Source: Actinomycetes bacterium (GTDB lineage Bacteria > Actinomycetota > Acidimicrobiia > Acidimicrobiales > JABEUL01). Taken from it: a stretch of DNA of 64,000 nt. Where the stretch lies: positions 29,070 to 93,069 of the forward strand of contig JAJZNL010000055.1 of assembly GCA_021852345.1 (NCBI GenBank). The letters run 5' to 3'. Below, one piece after another: positions 51,435 to 60,722 of the stretch. Position 1 is the first letter of the stretch. Each line of letters starts with the position of its first letter. The notes under the pieces were generated by a model, which was given only the letters and a program-made list of their open reading frames with translations, had not been told where the DNA came from and did no database searches. A program made the translations under genes and the position numbers.

Positions 51435-52749
51435 AAGAATCCGTAAGTGTACTTGGCAAGCCGGGTTTAAAAATTCTAGCGGCATGTTCGGCCGAAGACA
51501 AAATATACTCTGCGATCCCCTTGTCTTCTTCGCGAACCAAGTTGGCCATAATCCTCAGCACCCATTCCATAATTGTTTTAGAGCGCATCCCGTTGGATAT
51601 CAAAAATTTTAAAAGCTTAGGATGGGATATGGCTTCTACAAATATGGAAGCAACGCGATAATAATCCCGATAATTTGATTCCAAAATTTGATCATATTTT
51701 TTGAGTATAGAAATAAGTTGAGATTCGCTAACCTCATCATAGAGCCTCAAGGCTTCATCGACCACTCCCGAAGCCAGCCTCCCGGTTTCATAGCCGTATG
51801 CAATCCCTTCACCGTTGAAGGGATTGATGGATCCGCTTGCGTCTCCCACTGCAATCCAACCGTTACCAACTCTCGGTCCGAGTGAAAATCCCATTGGCAA
51901 TTTACCACCTGTGGGAGCTGCAATAGAAGCGTCCGTGGACAACTCCCAAGACGGACCGATTTGCGATACAAAAGCATCCATCAACTTATTTGTGTTATAC
52001 CCCTTCCATCGGTTTGAAGTATTTAACAATCCAGCTCCTACGTTCACACGGCCGTCACCCAAGGGAAATATCCAACCATAGCCCGGCATTACCGATCCGT
52101 CCAAATCCCTTATATCCAAATGAGATTCAATGAACGAGTCATTGTGCCTTGGAGAATAAAAATAACCTCTGATTGCCAGTCCAAGCGGATAGTTTTTGTC
52201 TCGTTCAATTCCAATGGATCTTCCGATTCTAGAATTAGCACCGTCGGCGACTATTATTAATTTCGAATATATCTCCTGCTTGTTGCCATATGCGTCAACT
52301 GCGACAACACCGATTGCTTTGTCGGTATCTTCATCAAAAATTATCGTCTCAGCTGTTACTTTCTGTCTAAGTTCGGCGCCGTGTTTCACGGCTTGATTTG
52401 CAACCAGCTGGTCAAGATCATAGCGAGTAACGCAATATCCGACCGTACCCAATCCATCTCCCTTAGGCCACCTAAGTTCCAGCTGCTTACCGAAGGCAAC
52501 TGCACGCAACCCTTCATAGCTATGATGCTCTCTTAGAGAGTTCGTCAGACCCATATCTTCAAGTTGTTTGACCGATCTCGGAGTAAGTCCGTCCCCGCAA
52601 GTTTTTTCCCTAGGGAATTGTTTTTTTTCTAAAACGACAACATCCCAACCCGATTTTGCCAACCAAAATGCACAAGAGCTCCCGGAAGGACCCGCACCAA
52701 TAATTATTACGTCACGACCGGAATTGTTAAGATCTGAAATATTTGACAT
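51400..52749 (-). CDS. Geranylgeranyl reductase family (MenJ-like menaquinone reductase)
   Basis: GAGPSGS, FPREKTCGDGLTP, ADGANS, GYGWIFP, GDA...NPFNGEGI. Confidence 0.88.
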   Translation of the reverse strand: MSNISDLNNSGRDVIIIGAGPSGSSCAFWLAKSGWDVVVLEKKQFPREKTCGDGLTPRSVKQLEDMGLTNSLREHHSYEGLRAVAFGKQLELRWPKGDGLGTVGYCVTRYDLDQLVANQAVKHGAELRQKVTAETIIFDEDTDKAIGVVAVDAYGNKQEIYSKLIIVADGANSRIGRSIGIERDKNYPLGLAIRGYFYSPRHNDSFIESHLDIRDLDGSVMPGYGWIFPLGDGRVNVGAGLLNTSNRWKGYNTNKLMDAFVSQIGPSWELSTDASIAAPTGGKLPMGFSLGPRVGNGWIAVGDASGSINPFNGEGIAYGYETGRLASGVVDEALRLYDEVSESQLISILKKYDQILESNYRDYYRVASIFVEAISHPKLLKFLISNGMRSKTIMEWVLRIMANLVREEDKGIAEYILSSAEHAARIFKPGLPSTLTDSSNKLKIRSLTS

Positions 52750-53089
52750 TATTAAATTTGTTTCGTTTTTAAAGAGTTTACAGATTTAAGTTTAGTCTGA
52801 GACAACTTGATGTCCATTTACTTTAAACCCAAATATTAATTTAAAATCCACGCATTACGAATAAATCAGCTGTATTTAATCCATGAAGCCTGACTTTTTC
52901 GGGACCAACAAAACTCTAAACCGAGCCAATATAGGTTATGGGGTCTCAACGCAGACGATAAGCACACAAACATCATAATTTGCAAAAGCACAAAAGTATT
53001 TGGCAAATAAATCAAAACCTTTTACTAATGAGCTCAACGTGGGGGACCTCATTCACCCCAAAGACAAAGCCAATTTTGTGCACAGTAGA

Positions 53090-53125
53090 GTTATAGTAAA
53101 GAGGGTTATAGTAAAGTTATAGAAA
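53090..53125. repeat. Short direct repeats
   Basis: GTTATAGTAAAG at 53090 and 53105, then GTTATAGAAA at 53116. Confidence 0.6.
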
Positions 53126-53236
53126 CTTTGTAGGCTCAGGAATTTACTGATACTGACTGCGATTTACTGCCACCTATTAAAAATAATTTAAATTTGTTTT
53201 TTCTTGGTCAATTATTCTTTGATCGACTATTCCTTA

Positions 53237-53277
53237 TTGAAGTATTCACTGTGAATTATCCACAGTGAATACTTCAA
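53237..53277 (-). terminator. Perfect 17-bp inverted repeat just downstream of hemD
   Basis: TTGAAGTATTCACTGTG-N7-CACAGTGAATACTTCAA, 16 bp past the hemD stop. Confidence 0.65.
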
Positions 53278-53293
53278 ATGTCATTTATAATGT

Positions 53294-54040
53294 TTACACG
53301 TCAAGCAATTCGGTCACCCTATCTGCGAAAGAATCGGGCGATATCGTCTCGGTCATATTGGGCTTCTTAAATTTGTGAAATTGCAACTGTTCGTATGTAG
53401 TGGGACCTATGGCAAGGGCATCTTTATCCAATATGGTTTGGCCGAGCTGTTCCACAGCCGAGACCACAGCCGAAGGTGAAAAGAAACAGACCAAACGAGC
53501 CTCGGCGACTTCCATTAACTCTTCGGGTAATACTGTTCTATTGACCGGCTCGTAAATATTAAATCTCACAACGTGACAGTTGTGTTTGCTGAGCCCTAGC
53601 GACAAATTATCATCTGACAATTTCGAACAGGGCAACAAAACATTTTTACCGTTTAAATCACAGAAGTTGCTCAGTTCGATCATTAAAGATGCGCCAGAGT
53701 TTCCCTTAGACTCATAGAAGACACTGGAATTATATTTTCTTACAACTTCACTTGTCGCTGGGCCGATTGTGACTATTTTAGGTGAGACTGAAAACAACTC
53801 CTCTTTGCAATTACCCAAGGTAATGTCTGCTGCATTCTTGGAGGTGAAAATAACAAAGTCAATTTTTGACTCCGTACCCGATAGCGTCGCTTCAAGGTAC
53901 TCAGTCATAGAACCAATTGCACCGTCGTTCGAACTAATTTTAATAAAAGGTATATTTTTTACCGAATAACCGTGATTTAATATGATTTCAGCATATTCAC
54001 TGTGTTCATATTTGGGTCTGGTTAAAATAACGTCTGTCAT
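53294..54040 (-). CDS. hemD: Uroporphyrinogen-III synthase
   Basis: VILTRP, FTSKNA, IGPATS, FSPSAV, AIGPTT. Confidence 0.88.
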   Translation of the reverse strand: MTDVILTRPKYEHSEYAEIILNHGYSVKNIPFIKISSNDGAIGSMTEYLEATLSGTESKIDFVIFTSKNAADITLGNCKEELFSVSPKIVTIGPATSEVVRKYNSSVFYESKGNSGASLMIELSNFCDLNGKNVLLPCSKLSDDNLSLGLSKHNCHVVRFNIYEPVNRTVLPEELMEVAEARLVCFFSPSAVVSAVEQLGQTILDKDALAIGPTTYEQLQFHKFKKPNMTETISPDSFADRVTELLDV

Positions 54041-54166
54041 ATGTTTCTAAACCACGATTTATTATGTCTAAGTAGCATCATCTCTTCAAGCAAAACGGTA
54101 TATCTTATCTGCCAACAACATGTCAATTTACCTATGTAGCTTACTTAAGCTCAACCATCAAAATGT

Positions 54167-54886
54167 TTAGAACAAAAGTTCAAAGTCGGCAACCTGCCCT
54201 ATAACTATTATCGCTGGCGGCTTTAATTCGACTGTGCCCAATTGCGAAAGCTTGATCCTGTTCACTTCCTGTTTATCGTAACTTGCCCACCTAATTAAAG
54301 CAACCGGAGTATCTTCACTCAATCCATTTTGCATCAACTTTTCGGCAATGTCGCTTTTATTCATAACTCCCATCAGTACGACTATCGTAGATTTAAGCTC
54401 AGCCAATGCCTTGTAGTTCAAAACCTCTGTTTCGGCCGTAAAGCCTGTTACCACTACAAATGCGGCAGAAGTCCCCCTGTGTGTAAGAGGTATTCCAGCC
54501 AACAGAGGACCCGAAGTTGCCGAAGTAATTCCGGGCACAACTTCGAATCTAATCCCGTGTTTAATTAATTCAAGTGCTTCTTCTCCACCACGACCGAATA
54601 TGAACGGATCTCCGCCTTTGAGCCTAACCACCTTTTTGTGTCTAGCCGCTAAGTCAACCAATATGCTGTTTATCTGTTCTTGATCGATATCGCCGCCAGG
54701 AGATTTGCCTACATCAATTAATTCACAATCTTTTTTGCTTAAATCCAAAAGCGTTTTATCCACCAAACGATCGTAAACAATGGCATCAGCTAAAGAAATG
54801 AGTTTTTGCCCTTTAACTGAAATGAGTTCGGGGTCACCCGGGCCTGCTCCAACTAAGTAAACAGTAGCGTCTGTTGATACGGTCAA
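54167..54886 (-). CDS. cobA: Uroporphyrinogen-III C-methyltransferase
   Basis: VYLVGAGPGDPELI, YDRLV, VRLKGGDPFIFGRGGEE, GIPLTHRG. Confidence 0.95.
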   Translation of the reverse strand: MTVSTDATVYLVGAGPGDPELISVKGQKLISLADAIVYDRLVDKTLLDLSKKDCELIDVGKSPGGDIDQEQINSILVDLAARHKKVVRLKGGDPFIFGRGGEEALELIKHGIRFEVVPGITSATSGPLLAGIPLTHRGTSAAFVVVTGFTAETEVLNYKALAELKSTIVVLMGVMNKSDIAEKLMQNGLSEDTPVALIRWASYDKQEVNRIKLSQLGTVELKPPAIIVIGQVADFELLF

Positions 54887-55065
54887 TTTATCTTCACCCT
54901 TTTATACTTCATGGAGCCCTTCACACTACAATTATTTAATTAATAAGCAACACGAATTAAAACTATCACTATGGTTATAATTCAATATTTTAATTTTAGT
55001 GTCGGCAATAAAGTTTTATTTTAATCAATACCGCAACAAACACGAAAAAACTAGCATTGTTCTTT

Positions 55066-55107
55066 CACTGGAACTATTCCACTGGAGCTATTTCACAGGA
55101 GCTATTT
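55066..55107. repeat. Three imperfect 14-bp tandem repeats over the dedA stop codon
   Basis: CACTGGAACTATTC / CACTGGAGCTATTT / CACAGGAGCTATTT. Confidence 0.75.
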
Positions 55108-55758
55108 CAAAAGTTCGATTGGACCCGGATACATCTCTTCGGCTTTTCGAATTAATCTTTTTTCATTTTTTTTCAATAAAATGAATCCAACTACTATGAC
55201 TATTAATGCTACCGGTATGGCAACATAGGTGACGATACTGGAATAGTGCTTAATAGTATTCCCCAGGGAATAAGATCCGAAACCATAAAACGATGACCAT
55301 GCAATTGCCCCTATCAAATCTGCAATTAAGAACTTCCACCTGGGCATTCTTGTTATTCCAGCCAATAATCCAAGCAAAGATCTGAAAACAGTCACAAACC
55401 TGCCCAGTAAAACTATCCATAAGCCCATCTTGGCAAAGGCATAGTGCCCAACCTTAATTCTTTCATAGGTTAAACCTATTTTTTTGCCCTTATTAATAAT
55501 CAAGGTAAACCCACCAAAGTATCCTATTAAGTATCCCGTAAAGGATCCTAAAAATCCGCCCAATACCGCTGCAATTACTAAAACAACAGGGGATGCGGAA
55601 TGATTTTGGGCTGCATAGATTCCCGCAGATATTAAGGTAATTTCTCCGGGAATAGGCAATGCCATAGATTCCAAAAACACTAACCCGAATACTCCGATAT
55701 AACTACCCTGAGCCAAAAATCCGCTGGCTAAAAACACGGATGAAAGCGTACTAAGCAT
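55102..55758 (-). CDS. DedA family membrane protein
   Basis: LESMALPIPGE, GYLIG, GRFVTVFRS, AGITRMP. Confidence 0.92.
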   Translation of the reverse strand: MLSTLSSVFLASGFLAQGSYIGVFGLVFLESMALPIPGEITLISAGIYAAQNHSASPVVLVIAAVLGGFLGSFTGYLIGYFGGFTLIINKGKKIGLTYERIKVGHYAFAKMGLWIVLLGRFVTVFRSLLGLLAGITRMPRWKFLIADLIGAIAWSSFYGFGSYSLGNTIKHYSSIVTYVAIPVALIVIVVGFILLKKNEKRLIRKAEEMYPGPIELLK

Positions 55759-55838
55759 GCAAATATCTTAACAACAATAACTACGGAGGTAACTTCTAGT
55801 ACTAAAGCCAATATTAAGGTGTTTGATTTGCCAAAATT

Positions 55839-56783
55839 TTAATCAGGAATCGTCCCGAGAAGGCCTTTACGATAGTCTTGAAATGCCTGTTGAATCTGGG
55901 CTTTATTGTTCATAACAAAGGGGCCATAGGCGACAACGGGTTCTTTTATAGGCAAACCTCCCAAGATCAAAATATCGAAATTAGTGTTTGATTCGGAATT
56001 AAAAATCTCAAAATAGTCACCCCTATCCCACACCGCCAGTTGATGTGCCGACAGCAGATCTTTTTCAGAGCCCAATAGGCCGGAGCCGGATAATGCGTAG
56101 ACCAACAAATTATATTCTTTTTTCCAAGCCAACTTTACGTGAGCTCCCGGCAACAAGGTGGCATGGACCATTGAGATTGGACTGTACGTTGTACCAGGTC
56201 CCTTAATTTCGCCCAAATCACCTGCAATTATTCTAAATAACGCATCCTTATCTTTATTAGATGCCAATCCTACGTTATCCGCACGCAAGTCTTGATACTT
56301 TGATTGCACCATTTTTTTTGAGCTTTCAAGGTTAACCCAAAGTTGTATTCCGTGAAACAGGCCTCCCTTAATGACAAGAGATTCTGGAGGCCTCTCTATA
56401 TGCAGTATCCCGCTACCTGCAGTCATCCATTGAGTATCTCCGTTTGAAATTACCCCTCCTCCGCCATTTGAATCATTATGAACAAAGACCCCGTCAATCA
56501 TATATGTAACAGTCTCAAATCCACGATGTGGATGCCATGGAGTGCCCTTGGGTTCATACGGGGCGTAATTTACCTCTCCCATCTGGTCCATGTGTACAAA
56601 CGGATCCAGATCCGCCAAATCTACTTGAGCAAATGCACGATAGACAGGGAACCCTTCTCCCTCCAACCCCTTGGGGGCGGTTGTGATCTTTTTAACCTTT
56701 CTGGCTATTTTATCCGTTGACAAATTCAGACTTAAATCTGCCAACGGTAATTCTACATAACTTTCTAAATCTAATGCGGGCAT
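55839..56783 (-). CDS. Pirin family protein
   Basis: DPFVHMD, HPHRGFETVTY, QWMTAGSGILHIE, YGPFVMN; ATG 56783 follows a GGAGGG RBS. Confidence 0.93.
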   Translation of the reverse strand: MPALDLESYVELPLADLSLNLSTDKIARKVKKITTAPKGLEGEGFPVYRAFAQVDLADLDPFVHMDQMGEVNYAPYEPKGTPWHPHRGFETVTYMIDGVFVHNDSNGGGGVISNGDTQWMTAGSGILHIERPPESLVIKGGLFHGIQLWVNLESSKKMVQSKYQDLRADNVGLASNKDKDALFRIIAGDLGEIKGPGTTYSPISMVHATLLPGAHVKLAWKKEYNLLVYALSGSGLLGSEKDLLSAHQLAVWDRGDYFEIFNSESNTNFDILILGGLPIKEPVVAYGPFVMNNKAQIQQAFQDYRKGLLGTIPD

Positions 56784-56972
56784 CGAACTTCCCTCCAATT
56801 CCGTTGCAATTTCCTAACAACCATATTCAACATCACCAAAACTTAATTATTCCCAGAATCCTGATCTACAATTTCAAATACAGTGACCTGTTATAATCGG
56901 CAAGTCAGAGCGACTTTAATTGGGCTAGATGTGCCACATAGATTTAGAACTTAGCTCTGCAAATCACCAATA

Positions 56973-57872
56973 TTAAAGAATGCTAAAACTTTTTGCTTGT
57001 TGAATTAGTTCTTTGGCGCAATCGGCACCAAAGACGGTTAAATTTTTCGATCCGGATATTTCAAATACCTTTTTTATAAATTTTTTGGTTTGCGCATTAC
57101 CCAGCATTACTTCAAAACTTAAACTGTCTTGGCCCTGATTATATTTCACCAACCCACCTACAGGCCATGTGCAATCAGAGCCGATTGCATTCAAAAAAGC
57201 CCGTTCGACCTCCATTGCCTCAGATACTTCTACGTTATTAATTTGAGAAACAACCTCTATAATTTCACTGTTGTCGGAACTTACTTCAACAGCAATAGCC
57301 CCCTGCCCAATCTGCGGCAACATTATATCTGTCGACAAAATTTCGCAATTTTCTAAATTAATCCCGAGCCTATCAAGTGCAGCTTTGGCAACAACTATTG
57401 AACCGTTGTTTGGAATTTTATTTAATCTCGTTTGTATATTCCCGCGCAGTTCTTCAAAACACAAGCCGTCTTTCAGATGAGACAATTGCAACACCCGTCT
57501 AGCCGAACCTGTCCTTACAACATCGCCATTTTCGAGGTCTGAAATAGATTTGCCAACCAACACGTCACGAACATCTGCCCTAATTGGATAAGCTGCGATT
57601 ACTAATTGTTCTACGTTGCCAGAGGGAATATCTTTGGCACTGTGAACAGCAATATCCACTCTTTTGTCGACTACGGCTTCTCTGATAGCCGTAACAAATA
57701 TTCCCTGCCCGCCAATTTTAAAGAGGGAACTTGACTGATCTATGTCCCCCGTAGAATCAATTCCCACCAATTCGCACCTTATTGAAGAATCAAGATTTTC
57801 CAAAAGATCGGCCACAAATTGTGCCTGATACAGTGCCAACGGACTTTTTCTAGTGCCTATTTTTATATTCAT
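56973..57872 (-). CDS. hemC: Hydroxymethylbilane synthase
   Basis: GTRKSPLA, AVHSAKD, TGSARR, LRGNIQTRL, cofactor Cys in GSDCTWP. Confidence 0.95.
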   Translation of the reverse strand: MNIKIGTRKSPLALYQAQFVADLLENLDSSIRCELVGIDSTGDIDQSSSLFKIGGQGIFVTAIREAVVDKRVDIAVHSAKDIPSGNVEQLVIAAYPIRADVRDVLVGKSISDLENGDVVRTGSARRVLQLSHLKDGLCFEELRGNIQTRLNKIPNNGSIVVAKAALDRLGINLENCEILSTDIMLPQIGQGAIAVEVSSDNSEIIEVVSQINNVEVSEAMEVERAFLNAIGSDCTWPVGGLVKYNQGQDSLSFEVMLGNAQTKKFIKKVFEISGSKNLTVFGADCAKELIQQAKSFSIL

Positions 57873-57902
57873 AAATACGTGGGATATATGACTGTAGGAC
57901 TT

Positions 57903-59165
57903 TTAATATTCTTCCAGGTTAAATAGATACCTGACCGCTTCAAAAAATCGTTGATCTTTTGATTCACGCAAATTTTCTTTTATTCTGGAAACAGGTAAGT
58001 GGATAACTGAAGCTGTAAGTTGATTCAACAGAACTTCAACCTCATCTTTGCTGAAAGTTGCTTTATCTTTTAGTCGCTTTTTCATAAACTCGCTTTTTAT
58101 AATGTTGAACTGTTCAACTATATCAGAGACCAATGAATCCACCCCTTTAAATTTTAATGCTTCCTTATGCTCTAAAAGCTTTTCATTTATTATCTCTTGA
58201 GCCTGATGCACCGCAAACTGCTTCGCCTCTTTAGTCTTTTCGACAAATCGGGTTATGTCATTAATATCAAATAACGTGACTCCTTTGACGTAAGCTACTT
58301 CAGTTGCAACGTTTCTTGGAACCGATAAATCACTGACGACCATCGGAGTAACTTTAGTTTCCATAGCTTTAGTCATCACAGCTTCACCCAATATAATTTC
58401 GGGGGCAGAAGTTGCTACAAAAAGTACGTCCGAATTAGAAATTACTTTACCTAGGTTTTCGAACTCTTCAAACTTAACTGAAAATTCATCCGCAAGCATC
58501 TTGGCTTTGTCCAAAGTCCTGTTTATCAAAGTAATATCTTTAATCTGATATCGCTGCATAAGAGCTTTAATGACTGTCTTACCCATCTGCCCCGCTCCCA
58601 ATACGGCTACGACTTTAGAAGAAAAGTCCTCGCCGACATGCGAAGACGCGATAGCTACCGATGCATGAGCCATTGAAGTTATCCCCGATGAAAGCTGAGT
58701 GTCTTGACGAACTTGCTTTCCAACCTCGAAAGCCTGTCTAAACAGAAGATTTAGTTGAGGCCCGACACACTTTAATCCTTGAGCAATTGCATAAGCATAT
58801 TTAGCTTGCCCAAGAATCTCTCCTTCACCGACGACAATTGAGTCCAAACCCGAAGTAACTTTAAACAGGTGGAGCACCGCTTGATCCTCCAGGAATACTG
58901 TTCCGCTTCGAGCCAACATCTCTTCGTCGATCTGAGTATGCTTCGACAATACCCTATAGATATTCTCGATTCCGACGTGAAATCTATCCAGCTCGGCATA
59001 AACTTCAGTTCTTAGGCACGTCGACAGGACAACTGCCTCAAAGATCTCAGTTGAAGACAGTAGATCCTCTAAAACAGATCTAACTTTAGTCTCATCTAAA
59101 ATTATTCGTTCCGCTTCAATCTCATTAAGATTTTGCATGCGGTAGCTTATGCACATAACAGACAT
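57903..59165 (-). CDS. hemA: Glutamyl-tRNA reductase
   Basis: LSTCLRTE, GLDSIVVGEGEILGQ, GAGQMG, NRT, DLSVPRNV. Confidence 0.95.
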   Translation of the reverse strand: MSVMCISYRMQNLNEIEAERIILDETKVRSVLEDLLSSTEIFEAVVLSTCLRTEVYAELDRFHVGIENIYRVLSKHTQIDEEMLARSGTVFLEDQAVLHLFKVTSGLDSIVVGEGEILGQAKYAYAIAQGLKCVGPQLNLLFRQAFEVGKQVRQDTQLSSGITSMAHASVAIASSHVGEDFSSKVVAVLGAGQMGKTVIKALMQRYQIKDITLINRTLDKAKMLADEFSVKFEEFENLGKVISNSDVLFVATSAPEIILGEAVMTKAMETKVTPMVVSDLSVPRNVATEVAYVKGVTLFDINDITRFVEKTKEAKQFAVHQAQEIINEKLLEHKEALKFKGVDSLVSDIVEQFNIIKSEFMKKRLKDKATFSKDEVEVLLNQLTASVIHLPVSRIKENLRESKDQRFFEAVRYLFNLEEY

Positions 59166-59522
59166 CTGAGGTTAACTCCAAAAATTTAGTTAACTTAATC
59201 TTAGTTTGCCGATTTGCCAATAATCCATCGCAACAATTTATATGCGAACCTAATTGTCCTTTAGAATGGGACTTGTGCCTTGTCAGCTCGATCGGGGTTA
59301 AAGGTTGTCAAGCCAACTCAACCAACCGTTCGGATTGTGAAAAATAGGTGGACGGCTTAGCTTTAGGCCCAGATTACTCACTCTAAAATGACAGTGGATC
59401 TTGAAACCACTCAGAACTTTGGCATTACAGCTACATATCTTGACCTATACCCTAGTCTAATGTTGTGACCGACCTTTAATTTTAATCAACGTAGATCAAA
59501 TAATCACATTACTAAATATCAA

Positions 59523-59554
59523 TTAAATTGTTAAATTGTTAAATTGTTAAATTG
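59523..59554. repeat. Perfect octamer tandem repeat (TTAAATTG)x4
   Basis: Direct reading; lies in the divergent hemA/desA promoter region. Confidence 0.9.
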
Positions 59555-59693
59555 AATTGTCTACTAAATTTACAGTATTCATGCCGTTTGTATGAACGAC
59601 ATGCAAAATATTAAAATAAAGGATTTGGCGGATTAGTTTAATAAAGTACAAGTCGCACAGCTTCAAACCATTTTGTCTGTTAAAATTTAAGAC

Positions 59694-60641
59694 ATGGCCA
59701 CACTCACTTCTAAAACTGACGAACAACTTCTGGAGGAATTAATTCCAGAAGCCGAAAGATTAATCAATCGACACTTTGGTGTTCAAAAGGAATGGTTCCC
59801 TCACGAATTTATACCGTGGGAGGAAGCCGCAAATCTGGACGAAAACGGTAACTGCCCAGAATCTGACGTTATTGACGAGGGAACTAAATCTGCATTATAT
59901 GTAAATTTACTGACGGAAGACAACCTCCCCTATTACTATAACGACGTCAACAGAATGTTCGGCACAAATGATACTTGGCGATACTGGACCAGACGTTGGA
60001 CTGCAGAAGAAGGCAGACATTCAATAGTAATCAGAGACTACATTACCGTAAAGGGATTAATTGATCCCAAGGAACTCGAAAGAGCCAGAATGTTCCAGGT
60101 TGAAGGCGGTGAAACGCCGCATCCCCAGGGGATCCGTGACGGATTTGCCTATCTGGCGATGCAGGAATTGGCAACCAGAATCAGCCATCACAATACCGGC
60201 AAAAAACTTCCAGATAAAAATGGGCAGGCTCTTATGAGACGTGTGGCCATCGACGAAAACCTCCATTACCTGTTCTATAGAGACATGGCGACTGCAACCT
60301 TAGAGGAAAATCCCTCCGCCACTGTCGAAGCAATTAACAGGCAAATCACAAACTTTAAAATGCCGGGAACAGGCATAAAAGACTTTGTCAAACATTCCAG
60401 AAAGATTGCAAAAGCAGGAATTTATAATTTTGCAATCCACAGCGAAAATATAGTAAAACCGCTGGTTTATGGCCATTGGAAGATTGACAAGCTTTCGAAT
60501 TTAACCGATGCCGCAAAAGCAGCTCAGGAAAACATTATTAAATTTACGGAAAAGATTTCAAAGATTGCACAAAAACTAATTTCAGCCGAAGGCACATCAA
60601 TATCTGACAGCTCTGATTCGGAGTCACAAGAAAATCCTTAA
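59694..60641 (+). CDS. desA1: Acyl-ACP desaturase (DesA1-like, di-iron)
   Basis: LLTEDNLPYY, WTAEEGRH, QELATRISH, DENLH, FKMPG. Confidence 0.9.
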   Translation: MATLTSKTDEQLLEELIPEAERLINRHFGVQKEWFPHEFIPWEEAANLDENGNCPESDVIDEGTKSALYVNLLTEDNLPYYYNDVNRMFGTNDTWRYWTRRWTAEEGRHSIVIRDYITVKGLIDPKELERARMFQVEGGETPHPQGIRDGFAYLAMQELATRISHHNTGKKLPDKNGQALMRRVAIDENLHYLFYRDMATATLEENPSATVEAINRQITNFKMPGTGIKDFVKHSRKIAKAGIYNFAIHSENIVKPLVYGHWKIDKLSNLTDAAKAAQENIIKFTEKISKIAQKLISAEGTSISDSSDSESQENP

Positions 60642-60722
60642 AATTTCGATAATGACTTTAATTAAATGAGTTCTAAACGGATAAGGTTAATTTGAGACTG
60701 TAAATCATCGTCGTTTTATTTC

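Noticed and set aside
59268..59281. GGGACT half-site upstream of hemA (and a similar GGGACC at about 53043)
   Set aside because: The second half-site does not match a DosR box
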